DNA of 64,000 bases from Alphaproteobacteria bacterium (GTDB lineage Bacteria; Pseudomonadota; Alphaproteobacteria; G02398745; G023898745): the NCBI GenBank assembly GCA_023898745.1, contig CP060237.1, forward strand, positions 235,718 to 299,717, written 5' to 3'. A program made the translations under genes and the position numbers. Of this stretch, positions 1 through 8,854 are shown piece after piece; position 1 is the stretch's first letter; the number at the start of each line of letters is the position of its first letter. The notes beneath the pieces are model-generated. The model was not told where the DNA came from and did no database searches. It was given only the letters and a program-made list of their open reading frames with translations.

Positions 1-1
1 A

Positions 2-862
2 GGTGATTTTAAAGAGCCTGTCTTGATGAACAAGAAAGATAATTTCATGGCAATTGTTGGGCGTGACGGGCGTGTGGTTATTTTGGATCTGCAAACCGAA
101 AAAATTATCTTTGAAAAAGATCTGGGCATGGCTATAAGTTCGAAACCCCTTATTGAAAAAAATCGTATTTACATTCAAACCGCTGGCGATATGATTTTAT
201 GTTTTGACTTCAAACAAAATAAGGAGTTGTGGACCTATAAAAACAGATATGCTTCAGGATATCGCATAGGCTCTTCACCAATTTTATACAAAGAATTTTT
301 TATCACAGGCTTTACAAATGGTGACTTTAGTCTAATTAACAAAGACACGGGGCTTCTACATTGGAACGATTCGCTGTATGGGCAAATCAACTTAATGGGA
401 AACAACTTACTGCATGTCACATCACAACCTATTGTTGAGAATGATATTTTATATGCCGTGGGAACGGACAATAATTTATCTGCATACAAGGCGTATGATG
501 GGCAAGTGATATGGAGCAAGAATATTAGTAGCAATAGAGATTTGCTTTTAAATGGTGACTATATTTATATCTTAGATAAATACGGCATGCTTGTATCTGT
601 GAATAAGAAAGATGGTAATATTCGCATGGTGACAAACCTCAATCCGAAACTTGACACACCTATCAACTTTACGAATATGGTGTGTGTAAATGATCGTATT
701 TTTGTTTCCTCACTGCATAAATATTCATCCAAAGGTGCATTTATTGATCCAAAGACTGGTGCTATAGAGCGCGTTGTAGATTTTGGTGAAAAAGTGCATG
801 ATATTGGCGTTGCTGGCGAACAATTGTTTGCGTTAACGAAGGGTAATTTGTATGTCCTGTAG
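2..862 (+). CDS. bamB: PQQ-like beta-propeller protein, BamB-like outer-membrane assembly factor; 5' end truncated by the window edge, the ORF is open to position 2
   Basis: Repeated beta-propeller blade motifs (IYIQTAGDMILCFDFKQNKELWTY, LYAVGTDNNLSAYKAYDGQVIWSK, IYILDKYGMLVSVNKKDGNIRMV). It lies immediately upstream of der, which is the conserved bamB-der arrangement. Confidence 0.5.
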   Translation, partial: GDFKEPVLMNKKDNFMAIVGRDGRVVILDLQTEKIIFEKDLGMAISSKPLIEKNRIYIQTAGDMILCFDFKQNKELWTYKNRYASGYRIGSSPILYKEFFITGFTNGDFSLINKDTGLLHWNDSLYGQINLMGNNLLHVTSQPIVENDILYAVGTDNNLSAYKAYDGQVIWSKNISSNRDLLLNGDYIYILDKYGMLVSVNKKDGNIRMVTNLNPKLDTPINFTNMVCVNDRIFVSSLHKYSSKGAFIDPKTGAIERVVDFGEKVHDIGVAGEQLFALTKGNLYVL

Positions 863-980
863 ATCACGCGCATCGTCACAGACCGTCGTCATGGCGAGCG
901 AAGCGTTGCCATCCATGGATCACCACGAAGCTCAGCTCCTCGTGAGGACGATATACTGTGCACTCCTCATGATGACGACC
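863..980. repeat. Modular GC-rich hairpin repeat cluster (GTCATGGCGAGCG / GGCCATCCAT / GGATCACCACG...CTCGTGA modules)
   Basis: cgtcatggcgagcgaagcgttgccatccatggatcaccacgaagctcagctcctcgtgaggacg; the same modules recur in more than 25 intergenic regions. Confidence 0.75.
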
Positions 981-1008
981 ACCTTCGATACGGAAAAGGG
1001 GACAGTCC

Positions 1009-2340
1009 ATGATTAAAATCGCACTCGTAGGACGTGCCAACGTCGGAAAGTCCACACTATTCAACTGCTTTTCTAAAGAGAAATCTGCCATTGTGTATGA
1101 CCAACCTGGTGTAACGCGCGATCCAAAAAAAGAATTGATTCAATGGGGTGACTATTCATTCTATTTGACAGACACGCCGGGCATAGATCTTTATGAAGAT
1201 GAACTCTTAAAGCGACAAGTTTTAAAACGCATTGAAGAAGAAGCTGAAGACGCAGATTATTTGTGGCTCATGGTTGATGGGACAGTCGGATTAACAAGCA
1301 TTGATCGTGATGTCGTAAAATTAATTCGCAAATTTGGCAAGCCTGTCATTGTATTGGTTAATAAGGTTGATCGCAAAGATTTTGATGAGCTAACATTTTA
1401 TGAGCTAGGGTTTGAGCATGTAGTTGCCGTTTCCGCAGAACATCAAATTGGATTGCACGATATTTTTGCCCCTATGGACGCGCAACGTTTGATGGAGGGC
1501 TCTATAGCTGAGCGACGCAGTCAGATTGCTGTGCTAGGTCGTCCAAATGCTGGAAAATCCACGTTTATTAATGCCATTTTAGGTGAAGATCGACAACTCA
1601 CAGGAGATATGCCTGGATTAACACGCGAGTCCGTGAAATATCCATTTGATTTTCATGGCGAAGCCTATGAATTGATTGATACGGCTGGTATCAAGAAAAA
1701 AGCTAAGACCAAAGAAGACTTAGAGAAATTAAGTCTACGCGCAAGCTTTGATACGCTTCAGTTTGCTGAGTGTATTATTTATATGATTGATGGCAAGCAA
1801 GTTTCACAATTTGGACTGGATCAGCAGGATTTAGCTATGATTTACAAAATCCTAGAAGAAGGGCGTTGCCTTGTTGTATGTATGAGCAAATGGGACGAAG
1901 TTAAAGATCCAAAGATGGTACTCGATACTGTGAAACATACGCTTATGATTAAAGGGTTTTCATATGTTCCTATTGTGCCAATTTCATCGTTTGAACGCTT
2001 TGGTGTGAGTAAAATTTTTGATGTTGTAAAAAGAATGCTGCAGTTTTGGAATAAACGCATCAGCACAGGTAAATTAAACTCCTGGTTAAAAGAGAGCGCT
2101 TTAGAAGTTGCCCCACCCTCTCATGGCGGCCGCGCTGTAAAATTGAAGTTTGCTACACAAGTCAAAACACGTCCACCGCGCATATGTGTGTTTGTGAACG
2201 TTGTTCACGATGGATTGAAAAAATATGAGCGCTATTTGATGAATCGCTTTCATAAAGAGTTTGGATATGAGGGTGTACCTGTAAGAGTGTTTTTTAGAGC
2301 AACGAAAAATCCATATGTTGCTGAGCAAACATCATCTTAA
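1009..2340 (+). CDS. der: Ribosome-biogenesis GTPase Der/EngA, with tandem GTP-binding domains
   Basis: Two P-loops (GRANVGKST and GRPNAGKST), DTPG/DTAG and NKVD/SKWD motifs; 443 aa, full length. Confidence 0.93.
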   Translation: MIKIALVGRANVGKSTLFNCFSKEKSAIVYDQPGVTRDPKKELIQWGDYSFYLTDTPGIDLYEDELLKRQVLKRIEEEAEDADYLWLMVDGTVGLTSIDRDVVKLIRKFGKPVIVLVNKVDRKDFDELTFYELGFEHVVAVSAEHQIGLHDIFAPMDAQRLMEGSIAERRSQIAVLGRPNAGKSTFINAILGEDRQLTGDMPGLTRESVKYPFDFHGEAYELIDTAGIKKKAKTKEDLEKLSLRASFDTLQFAECIIYMIDGKQVSQFGLDQQDLAMIYKILEEGRCLVVCMSKWDEVKDPKMVLDTVKHTLMIKGFSYVPIVPISSFERFGVSKIFDVVKRMLQFWNKRISTGKLNSWLKESALEVAPPSHGGRAVKLKFATQVKTRPPRICVFVNVVHDGLKKYERYLMNRFHKEFGYEGVPVRVFFRATKNPYVAEQTSS

Positions 2341-2355
2341 ACAGAGCAAATTTGA

Positions 2356-3012
2356 TCACTTGGTAAAATGAAACCCAAAAAACAACCGAACAATAGATAA
2401 CTTTGAGTCAAACTTACAATCACATGTTCTATTTTTCCACGCACCTATGGGATGAATATAATATGATTTAATGCCTCTGACTTCTCCAGCAAAAGAACAC
2501 CAATCCGTTAGGCGATAACGGGCACCAATACCACCTAAAAATCCGACGTTAAAAACCAAAGAACATATACCTGCTATATTTCCAGCAAAAAGCGTTGCGG
2601 GATTAACAACGCCATACACACTCCAACGCTCATTAAAAAATTTACCGAAGCGAAATTGTGTTACACCTAGATCGCCCTCTATACCGCCTTTTAACAGAGT
2701 AACTTTCTCTGTACCTTGCACATCTTTAGGATGAAGAGTTGCCCAGTTAAAACCTGTAACTCGGCCAAGGTAGCTGTAATGAATTGAACCATGTGCACTC
2801 AAAAAATTCCATTCACAAAAATAAGTAGACCTTGAAAAAAACTGATACCCAGCTTCAAAACCAACACCACCTATGAAACCTTCTTCATCTTTGTATGATT
2901 CTTGAACTGCAGTAGACGGATGAATTTTAACAGTTGATCCATCAGCCTTTATAAAACCCTTGCCAAAATTTCCTAAAAGATCAAACGTAAAATTTCCCGC
3001 GAATAAAAACAT
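2356..3012 (-). CDS. Hypothetical Gly/aromatic-rich protein with an MFLF N-terminal leader; candidate outer-membrane or surface protein, downstream of rpsI
   Basis: Uninterrupted 218-aa ORF 4 bp downstream of rpsI on the same strand. Composition is rich in G/F/Y/W alternating segments, like beta-barrel OMPs. Paralog-like to the 4124..5068 and 12511..13311 ORFs. Confidence 0.5.
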   Translation of the reverse strand: MFLFAGNFTFDLLGNFGKGFIKADGSTVKIHPSTAVQESYKDEEGFIGGVGFEAGYQFFSRSTYFCEWNFLSAHGSIHYSYLGRVTGFNWATLHPKDVQGTEKVTLLKGGIEGDLGVTQFRFGKFFNERWSVYGVVNPATLFAGNIAGICSLVFNVGFLGGIGARYRLTDWCSFAGEVRGIKSYYIHPIGAWKNRTCDCKFDSKLSIVRLFFGFHFTK

Positions 3013-3015
3013 AAA

Positions 3016-3444
3016 TTAACGCTTGGAGAATTGGAACTTCTTACGTGCTTTTGGACGACCAGGTTTTTTACGCTCAACCTCACGTGCGTCACGCGTCAAG
3101 AAACCAGCTTGCTTCAATGTTGGGCGAAGCTCTGGGTTGAATAACGAAATGGCTTTGCTAATACCATGCCTCAAGGCACCAGCTTGACCAGATAATCCAC
3201 CACCTTCAATTGTTGCAAACACATCAAACTCTTGGTTTACACGCTCAAATGGTTGGTGAACCATCATTTGCAAAGTAGGGCGTACAAAATACTTATGCGC
3301 TTCTTGACCATTCACGCTCATTTTGCCTGTGCCTTTTTTGATCCAAACACGCGCAATGGAGCTTTTTCTTTTTCCTGTTGCATAACTTCTGCCAAGTTTG
3401 TCGAGCTTAGGTGCTGCAATTTCTTGATTATCAGATAAACTCAT
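3016..3444 (-). CDS. rpsI: 30S ribosomal protein S9
   Basis: [22 protein letters not shown] motif; the C-terminus ends in KR; it overlaps the rplM stop in an ATGA arrangement. Confidence 0.95.
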   Translation of the reverse strand: MSLSDNQEIAAPKLDKLGRSYATGKRKSSIARVWIKKGTGKMSVNGQEAHKYFVRPTLQMMVHQPFERVNQEFDVFATIEGGGLSGQAGALRHGISKAISLFNPELRPTLKQAGFLTRDAREVERKKPGRPKARKKFQFSKR

Positions 3445-3926
3445 TATTGATCTCTCCTTATGTTCTTCTCATTCATCATAGCAACATTCAAAACTTCTGG
3501 TTTTTGCGCTACATGTGGATGATCTGCACCTGTGTAAACTTTCAGGTTACGCATTAATTGATTTCTCAATGGGCCTTTGGATAGCATTCTTTCAACAGCT
3601 TTTTTTACAAGAGTTTCAGGATGATGCCCTTGAAGACGCTCCTTCGCGTTCTCTTCCTTAATTCCGCCAGGATAACCTGTGTGACGATAGAATACTTTAT
3701 CTTCCATCTTTTTGCCTGTAAGATGCACTTTATCTGCATTAATTACAACAACATTATCACCACAATCCATGTGCGGTGTATAAGATGGTTTGTGCTTACC
3801 TTTAAGGCGCATTGCAATCACGCTTGCCATTCTGCCCAACACGAGATTCTCAGCGTCTACAAGCACCCATTTCTTGTCGATTTCTTTCGCTTTCAATGAC
3901 TTTGTATGCATTATTATAATTTTCAT
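3444..3926 (-). CDS. rplM: 50S ribosomal protein L13; an alternative start at Met6 (position 3911) is possible
   Basis: [47 protein letters not shown] is typical of L13; rplM-rpsI operon order. Confidence 0.93.
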   Translation of the reverse strand: MKIIIMHTKSLKAKEIDKKWVLVDAENLVLGRMASVIAMRLKGKHKPSYTPHMDCGDNVVVINADKVHLTGKKMEDKVFYRHTGYPGGIKEENAKERLQGHHPETLVKKAVERMLSKGPLRNQLMRNLKVYTGADHPHVAQKPEVLNVAMMNEKNIRRDQ

Positions 3927-4031
3927 ATGCGAGTACTAAGTCAGTATAGAGCATTTTATGTAAAGCATGCAAGAAAATTTAGAGACGTCATTATAGGGTG
4001 CAAATCTATCCCGTTATCACGAACGGCAAGT

Positions 4032-4115
4032 CAACCTCGTCATCACGAGGAGCTTCGCTCCGTGGTGATCCATAATAGATTGCCACACGCTCTAACGAGC
4101 GCTCGCAATGACGGA
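4032..4115. repeat. Modular hairpin repeat (GTCATCACGAGGAGC..GGTGATCCAT + GATTGCCACG..CGCTCGCAATGACG modules)
   Basis: Direct match to modules at 8628..8786, 24163..24242 and 27700..27762. Confidence 0.75.
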
Positions 4116-4123
4116 GTCCTACG

Positions 4124-5068
4124 TTACTCGTCGCGGGCTGAGCTGTGAAATTCTATCCCAAGAGATATTCGCTGACGAATTGTTCTTGAGGACAAAAACG
4201 GCTTAAATATAGGCTCTAGCTCTTTAATATCATCTAGTCCTTTTACATCCTTCGCCCATCGTTTCGCTAGGGCATAGGCCGCATAATAACCATCTAGATA
4301 ACTAATCTGAACATTATATTCTGCTACAAATGATGTTCGAGGAGAAAGTCTATACGATGCTCCAGCACCTAAACCAAAACCTAAACCTATAAATGGAAAC
4401 GTATATCCAAAACTTTTAAAAATAGCATTCACATCTTGAGTCGTAAAAGGCTCTTTGCGCGCAGCCTCCCAACGAAAACCACCACTTGAAAGAGTAGTTG
4501 TTTTCTCGGGAATAGTTCGTTTACTCTTATAAATCCGATAGATTCCATAAAGATCCTTAAGATTTGTTGACATCAATACACATGGGGAGACGCTGCCATA
4601 AAATGACCATTTGTCTGAATAAATCTTTCCCACTCTAAAGTTAGTGAAAAACGAAAAACCTTTAGAAAAGTCAAAAAATCCCCAATCTAAAAACCACTTT
4701 TGAGATAACATAAAGCGATATCCTAAACCGCAACCAACACTCCAATTAAAAAAATTCGACCATTTACCTAGCTGTTCCAAGGTCTTTTCGGCATTATCCA
4801 GCACAGTCATTGCCATTTCTTTTTCCTCTGCATTAGTACTCACGGCTGCAGAAGCGCGCGCTAAGTCTATACCCGTCTTAGACAAAAAATCATCGAGCGT
4901 TAAATCAACGTTAAATTTCTTTTTTAACTCTTCTTCAAAATCTTTTTTAAATTTGTTATCTGATGAAAGAGCTGAGGAAGGCCCAAACTTACGCGGCCCT
5001 TTGTGAAGCCCACCAAAGTTTCCGTTAACACCAAAATAAAACCCGTTTGCAAATAAAGTGAATAACAT
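4124..5068 (-). CDS. Hypothetical protein with an MLFTLF N-terminal leader and a W/F/Y/G-rich C-terminal half; candidate envelope beta-barrel-like protein
   Basis: 314-aa ORF. The N-terminal leader motif is shared with about 15 other ORFs. The C-terminal half has alternating aromatic/Gly composition (WSNFFNWSVGCGLGYRF...). Confidence 0.5.
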   Translation of the reverse strand: MLFTLFANGFYFGVNGNFGGLHKGPRKFGPSSALSSDNKFKKDFEEELKKKFNVDLTLDDFLSKTGIDLARASAAVSTNAEEKEMAMTVLDNAEKTLEQLGKWSNFFNWSVGCGLGYRFMLSQKWFLDWGFFDFSKGFSFFTNFRVGKIYSDKWSFYGSVSPCVLMSTNLKDLYGIYRIYKSKRTIPEKTTTLSSGGFRWEAARKEPFTTQDVNAIFKSFGYTFPFIGLGFGLGAGASYRLSPRTSFVAEYNVQISYLDGYYAAYALAKRWAKDVKGLDDIKELEPIFKPFLSSRTIRQRISLGIEFHSSARDE

Positions 5069-5104
5069 AAAATTTCAAATTTCCCTCTTTTTTTTTTCAA
5101 TGTA

Positions 5105-5515
5105 ACAGAAAACATTATAGATCACCAAGTTGCTATGCTCCTCGTGATCTGATTCATCCCCACGAATTTTCTAAAATCCAAAAAAGTCTTAAACGCTTAA
5201 CCATGCAAGCTTTTCTTCTAGAGAAATTGATAGAAAAATATAAGGACAACGACCGTCATGGCGAGATTTTCGAAAGAAAATCTTGGCCATCCATCCGTCT
5301 TCGCAAATTTTGCCTTCAGCAAAATTTAGCTACGACGAGATTGGTCGAGTCGAAGCGTGTGAAGTGGATGTCTCGCCGAAGCTCTTTAGAGCGTAGGCGG
5401 ACACCTCCACGGATCACCACGTCGCTGCGCTCCTCGTGATGACGCCTGCGCATCGTGGGGATGAATCAGCTCGTGATGACGGAAATAGTAGATTCTCGTG
5501 ATGACAGAAGTGGTA
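5105..5515. repeat. Composite repeat region: ~125-bp element C, ~120-bp element A, and hairpin modules plus CTCGTGATGAC iterations
   Basis: Element C (5142..5265) recurs inverted at 25485..25615 and 43365..43495. Element A (5282..5410) recurs at 7015..7140, 21176..21310, 36262..36400 and 53995..54125. Confidence 0.8.
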
Positions 5516-5571
5516 GATTTTTCAAATAAAAAGTCCTATACTGCCTATGTAAGGATATAAAAAATAATATT

Positions 5572-5862
5572 ATGGCTAATCATAAAAGTGCGGAAAAAAT
5601 GATCCGCAAGATCACAAAAAGAACGGCTGTGAATAAGAATAGAAGATCTTTGGTGAAGACGGCTGTGAAAAAAGCTGAGGTTGCATTAGGTATAAGAGTT
5701 GGTTCTACAGCTCCAGCTTTGGCGCCAACTGAAGCTAAGCCAGTTTTGGTAGCAGCAGAAAGGCAACTGATGCGCGCAGCACAAAAAGGTGCGATCAACA
5801 AAAAAGCAGCATCTCGCAAAGTTTCAAGATTGAACAAGAAGTTAAAAACTCTCGCGTCTTAA
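5572..5862 (+). CDS. rpsT: 30S ribosomal protein S20
   Basis: MANHKSAEKMIRKITKRTAVNKNRRS... basic 96-aa protein typical of S20. Confidence 0.9.
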   Translation: MANHKSAEKMIRKITKRTAVNKNRRSLVKTAVKKAEVALGIRVGSTAPALAPTEAKPVLVAAERQLMRAAQKGAINKKAASRKVSRLNKKLKTLAS

Positions 5863-5865
5863 CAC

Positions 5866-5948
5866 ATAACGTCATCACGAGGCACGAAGTTGCTGTGGTG
5901 ATCCATGGATGGCCACGCCACCTTCGCTGAAGCTGCGGCCGGCTCGCC
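5866..5948. repeat. Modular hairpin repeat downstream of rpsT
   Basis: cgtcatcacgaggcacgaagttgctgtggtgatccatggatggccacgccaccttcgctgaagctgcggccggctcgccatgacg. Confidence 0.7.
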
Positions 5949-5978
5949 ATGACGACCTTCATTAGAAAGAGGTCCAAT

Positions 5979-6986
5979 ATGTCGCAAAATTCTCCCGAAA
6001 TCGCAATCATCGGCGCAGGCCCTGTTGGATTATTCTCTGTTTATGCCAATGGCATGATGGGGTATCGCTCTTACCTCTTTGATTTCCAAGAAGAACTCGG
6101 TGGCCAATGTGTCTTATATAAAGACAAGCCAATTTACGACATCCCCGCCTACCCCAAAATCACAGCAGAAAAATTGGTGCGCAAGCTGAAAAAACAGCAC
6201 AAACCCTTTCGTCCTGAATATCGCTTAAAAGAGCAGGTTCTGGATATTCAAAAAACTGATGATGGATTCACGTTAACAACGGACAAAGACACAGTCAACG
6301 TAAAAGCTGTTGTGATTGCTGGTGGTATCGGGGCATTTGGCCCGCGCAAACCGCCATTGTCCAACATTGAAGAATTTGAAGATAAATCTGTGTTTTATCA
6401 TGTGTCAGATAAATCTATGTTTAAAGATAAAAATATTGTCATCGCCGGCGGAGGTGATTCTGCCGTCGATTGGGCGTTAGAATTATCTAAAATTGCTGGG
6501 CAAGTATATTTAGTACACCGACGCACAAAGTTTCGTTGCCACGATTCTAGTGAGCAAGCGTTAGATAAATTGATTGAATCTGGGAAAGTGATCTTAAAAG
6601 CACCTGGGCAAGTGAAAGCATTACATGGAAATGATGGTGTTTTAACGCAAGTGGATGTGCAAAACATTCAAGATGATAGCATTGATGCGATAAAAGCAGA
6701 TTTCTTTTTGCCTTTTTTTGGATTATCTGCTGATTTGGGGCCTATTTTGAAATGGGATTTGGATTTGAAAAAAGATATGATCCCTGTTGATGTTACAACC
6801 ATGCGCTCACCTAAAGAGGGTATTTACGCCATTGGCGACATTGCACATTATGACAATAAGCAAAAATTAATTGCGATTGGATTTACAGAAGCATTTACTG
6901 CTGCTCACAATATTCGTGCTTATTTGAATCCTGGAAAAGTGTTTCACTTTGAGTATTCTACGACGAAGGGTGTGAAGGAGTTGTAG
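5979..6986 (+). CDS. Thioredoxin-reductase-like ferredoxin-NADP+ reductase (FNR type 2, YumC/FenR family)
   Basis: N-terminal FAD Rossmann fold IAIIGAGPVGLFSVYA and a second NAD(P) Rossmann fold IVIAGGGDSAVDWAL. The start is chosen at MSQNSPE, which is preceded by AAGAGG; the longer ORF start at 5949 is less likely. Confidence 0.85.
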   Translation: MSQNSPEIAIIGAGPVGLFSVYANGMMGYRSYLFDFQEELGGQCVLYKDKPIYDIPAYPKITAEKLVRKLKKQHKPFRPEYRLKEQVLDIQKTDDGFTLTTDKDTVNVKAVVIAGGIGAFGPRKPPLSNIEEFEDKSVFYHVSDKSMFKDKNIVIAGGGDSAVDWALELSKIAGQVYLVHRRTKFRCHDSSEQALDKLIESGKVILKAPGQVKALHGNDGVLTQVDVQNIQDDSIDAIKADFFLPFFGLSADLGPILKWDLDLKKDMIPVDVTTMRSPKEGIYAIGDIAHYDNKQKLIAIGFTEAFTAAHNIRAYLNPGKVFHFEYSTTKGVKEL

Positions 6987-6987
6987 A

Positions 6988-7400
6988 AGCTTCGTCATGG
7001 CGAGCGAAGCGTGGCCATCCATCCGTCTTCGCTAATTTTGCCAAAGGCAAAATTTAGCTACGACGAGATTGGTCGAGTCGGAGCGTGCGGAGTGGATGTC
7101 TCGCCAAAGCTCAAAGAGCGTAGGCGGGCTATCTCTCTATGGATCACCACGTCGCTCCGCTCCTCGTGATGACGGCTCGACATTCGTCATTGCGAGATTT
7201 TCGAAAGAAAATCGTGGCCATCCATGTTTTTCTTGATCACCACGCCTTGCTACGCAAGGCTCGTGATGACGGTAAATTTTGTGCTCCTCGTGATGACGGT
7301 AAATTTTGCGCTCCTCGTGATGACGATACGCTGTATGCCCTTCGTGATGACGATATCATCGAGCGGCCCACCACGTTCCAAATTCTCCTGTCAAAACCAA
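6988..7400. repeat. Composite repeat region: hairpin modules, element A copy (7015..7140), and four iterations of CTCGTGATGACG at ~27-bp period (7258..7355)
   Basis: Direct sequence repetition; it generates the spurious ORFs 7139..7408 and 7224..7478. Confidence 0.8.
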
Positions 7401-8540
7401 CTCTGTAATCGCCCATACCAATGCATCCATGCGATCTGCTGCACGGCCAGGTTTGTAGCTAGTGAGTTGTGTTTCTAACGCATTGAAATATTTACGGTGA
7501 ACCACCCTACCCTGCTCATATAACGCAATCACAGGTTCTGCACGTGTTATTTTGCTGCGCTTTGCTACAACTTCTTTGATGGGAAGTTCAGCACCATTGT
7601 GAATGTGAAACAATTCTGTAATCAGCGAACCACCTTGATTGACTTCTACAACCGCAGCATCTGCTTGGTATTTGTGATACGCGTAGCATGCTTTTTGCAC
7701 CCACTGGCATGGAGTGTAATTTCCGCTGAGATCTTCCAAAACATACACATTACCTGCATGAGATAATCCACATACAATGATGCCTGTTTCACATCCATCT
7801 TTGGTGACAGCTGGATCTAAACCAATAACAATACGTTTCAATTCAGGAACTTTTGGATTGTGCTGAAAGTATGATTGTTTAAATAATGAAAACTCATCTT
7901 CATGAAATAACTCACCATATAACTCCTGCGCACCCAAACGCGTTTTTGCATAATGCGTTTCCATATTTTGGATAAATCGCGCACTAAGATGTTTCTTGTT
8001 TTCAAACGTGGAGCCTGTTGTCACAACTGTGCCACGCAGGCGCTGCAAATCATGCAGAAGTTTTATGGGTTTTGGAGTTGTTGTGATGATGCATTTGGGT
8101 TGAGCTGACATGCGAAGTGTTAACTCAACTTGTGTCCATAATTCCTCTGGATATTTGAATTTTGCTAACTCATCAATCCACACTGTATCAAACTGCGGAC
8201 CTCTCAAGGTTTCATACTGATCGCCACCAAATAGCTGAATTCTAATATCAGATTTTTTCCACGTAATGAGACCTTCAGTTTTGCGATAATGATATGCTTT
8301 TGGCATATTCGAACTACTGAGCAAACCGCTCACACCTGCTACCATTACACGATGCGCTTCTTTGATAGTTTGACCAATTAGGGCAATATTTTTAGCCTTA
8401 CCCTGCTCCATCAATGACACAATACTTTCTGCACCTGTTTTGGTTTTACCAAAACCACGCCCGGCCATAATAAGCCAGACATAAAAATCATTGGGCAACC
8501 TTTGCTTATCGCGTGGCTGCCACCTTTGCGCAAATGTCAT
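7356..8540 (-). CDS. Phage/GTA-type terminase large subunit; orphan, with no other phage genes nearby
   Basis: Walker A motif WLIMAGRGFGKTKTGAE as in alphaproteobacterial GTA g2 terminases. The C-terminal half reads as a nuclease-like domain (GLDPAVTKDG...). 394 aa with no internal stops. Confidence 0.8.
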   Translation of the reverse strand: MTFAQRWQPRDKQRLPNDFYVWLIMAGRGFGKTKTGAESIVSLMEQGKAKNIALIGQTIKEAHRVMVAGVSGLLSSSNMPKAYHYRKTEGLITWKKSDIRIQLFGGDQYETLRGPQFDTVWIDELAKFKYPEELWTQVELTLRMSAQPKCIITTTPKPIKLLHDLQRLRGTVVTTGSTFENKKHLSARFIQNMETHYAKTRLGAQELYGELFHEDEFSLFKQSYFQHNPKVPELKRIVIGLDPAVTKDGCETGIIVCGLSHAGNVYVLEDLSGNYTPCQWVQKACYAYHKYQADAAVVEVNQGGSLITELFHIHNGAELPIKEVVAKRSKITRAEPVIALYEQGRVVHRKYFNALETQLTSYKPGRAADRMDALVWAITELVLTGEFGTWWAAR

Positions 8541-8627
8541 TTGGTGAATTTATGAGGAAATGTTTGGATTTACGATATCATGAAATGAGATGTTTTTTTA
8601 TTGCTGAGAAATTTTTGGGCTATAGTC

Positions 8628-8786
8628 TGACGTCATCACGAGCCTTGTGTAGCAAGGCGTGGTGATCCATCACAGATTGCCACGCGTTCTTACGAACGCT
8701 CGCAATGACGGGCTCAGAGCCGTCATCACGAGGAGCTAAGCGACGCGGTGATCCATGGATGACCACACTCCGCTTGCCATGACGAA
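8628..8786. repeat. Modular hairpin repeat cluster between terminase and hisS
   Basis: cgtcatcacgagccttgtgtagcaaggcgtggtgatccat ... gattgccacgcgttcttacgaacgctcgcaatgacg ... ccatgacgaac. Confidence 0.75.
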
Positions 8787-8854
8787 CTCGATAGTTTTTG
8801 ACAACCCAACCACAAAAAAATCATAATACACTATACAATCTTCAACTTTTTCCT

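Noticed and set aside
1842-2328. Antisense ORFs inside der, and similar antisense or embedded ORFs within hisS, the kinases, dnaB, tig, the CC-repeat gene, TamB-like and others
   Set aside because: They are fully contained in longer ORFs that carry strong conserved-domain evidence, and are typical AT-rich-genome shadow ORFs.
5203-5439. ORF MQAFLLEKLIEKYKDNDRHGEIFERKSWPSIRLRKFC..., plus the similar ORFs at 21162..21356, 25351..25554, 7139..7408, 7224..7478, 41791..42030, 53519..53728, 53816..54145 and 59897..60082
   Set aside because: They lie entirely within the repeated elements. Their low-complexity peptides (…SPRRCAPRDDD…, …LVMT…) recur because the DNA recurs, so they are not independent genes.
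7258-7355. Direct repeats with spacers that could be mistaken for a CRISPR array
   Set aside because: The repeat unit is only 12-15 nt with 14-16-nt spacers. There are 3-4 copies, no cas genes, and the same unit is a module of the dispersed hairpin repeats.
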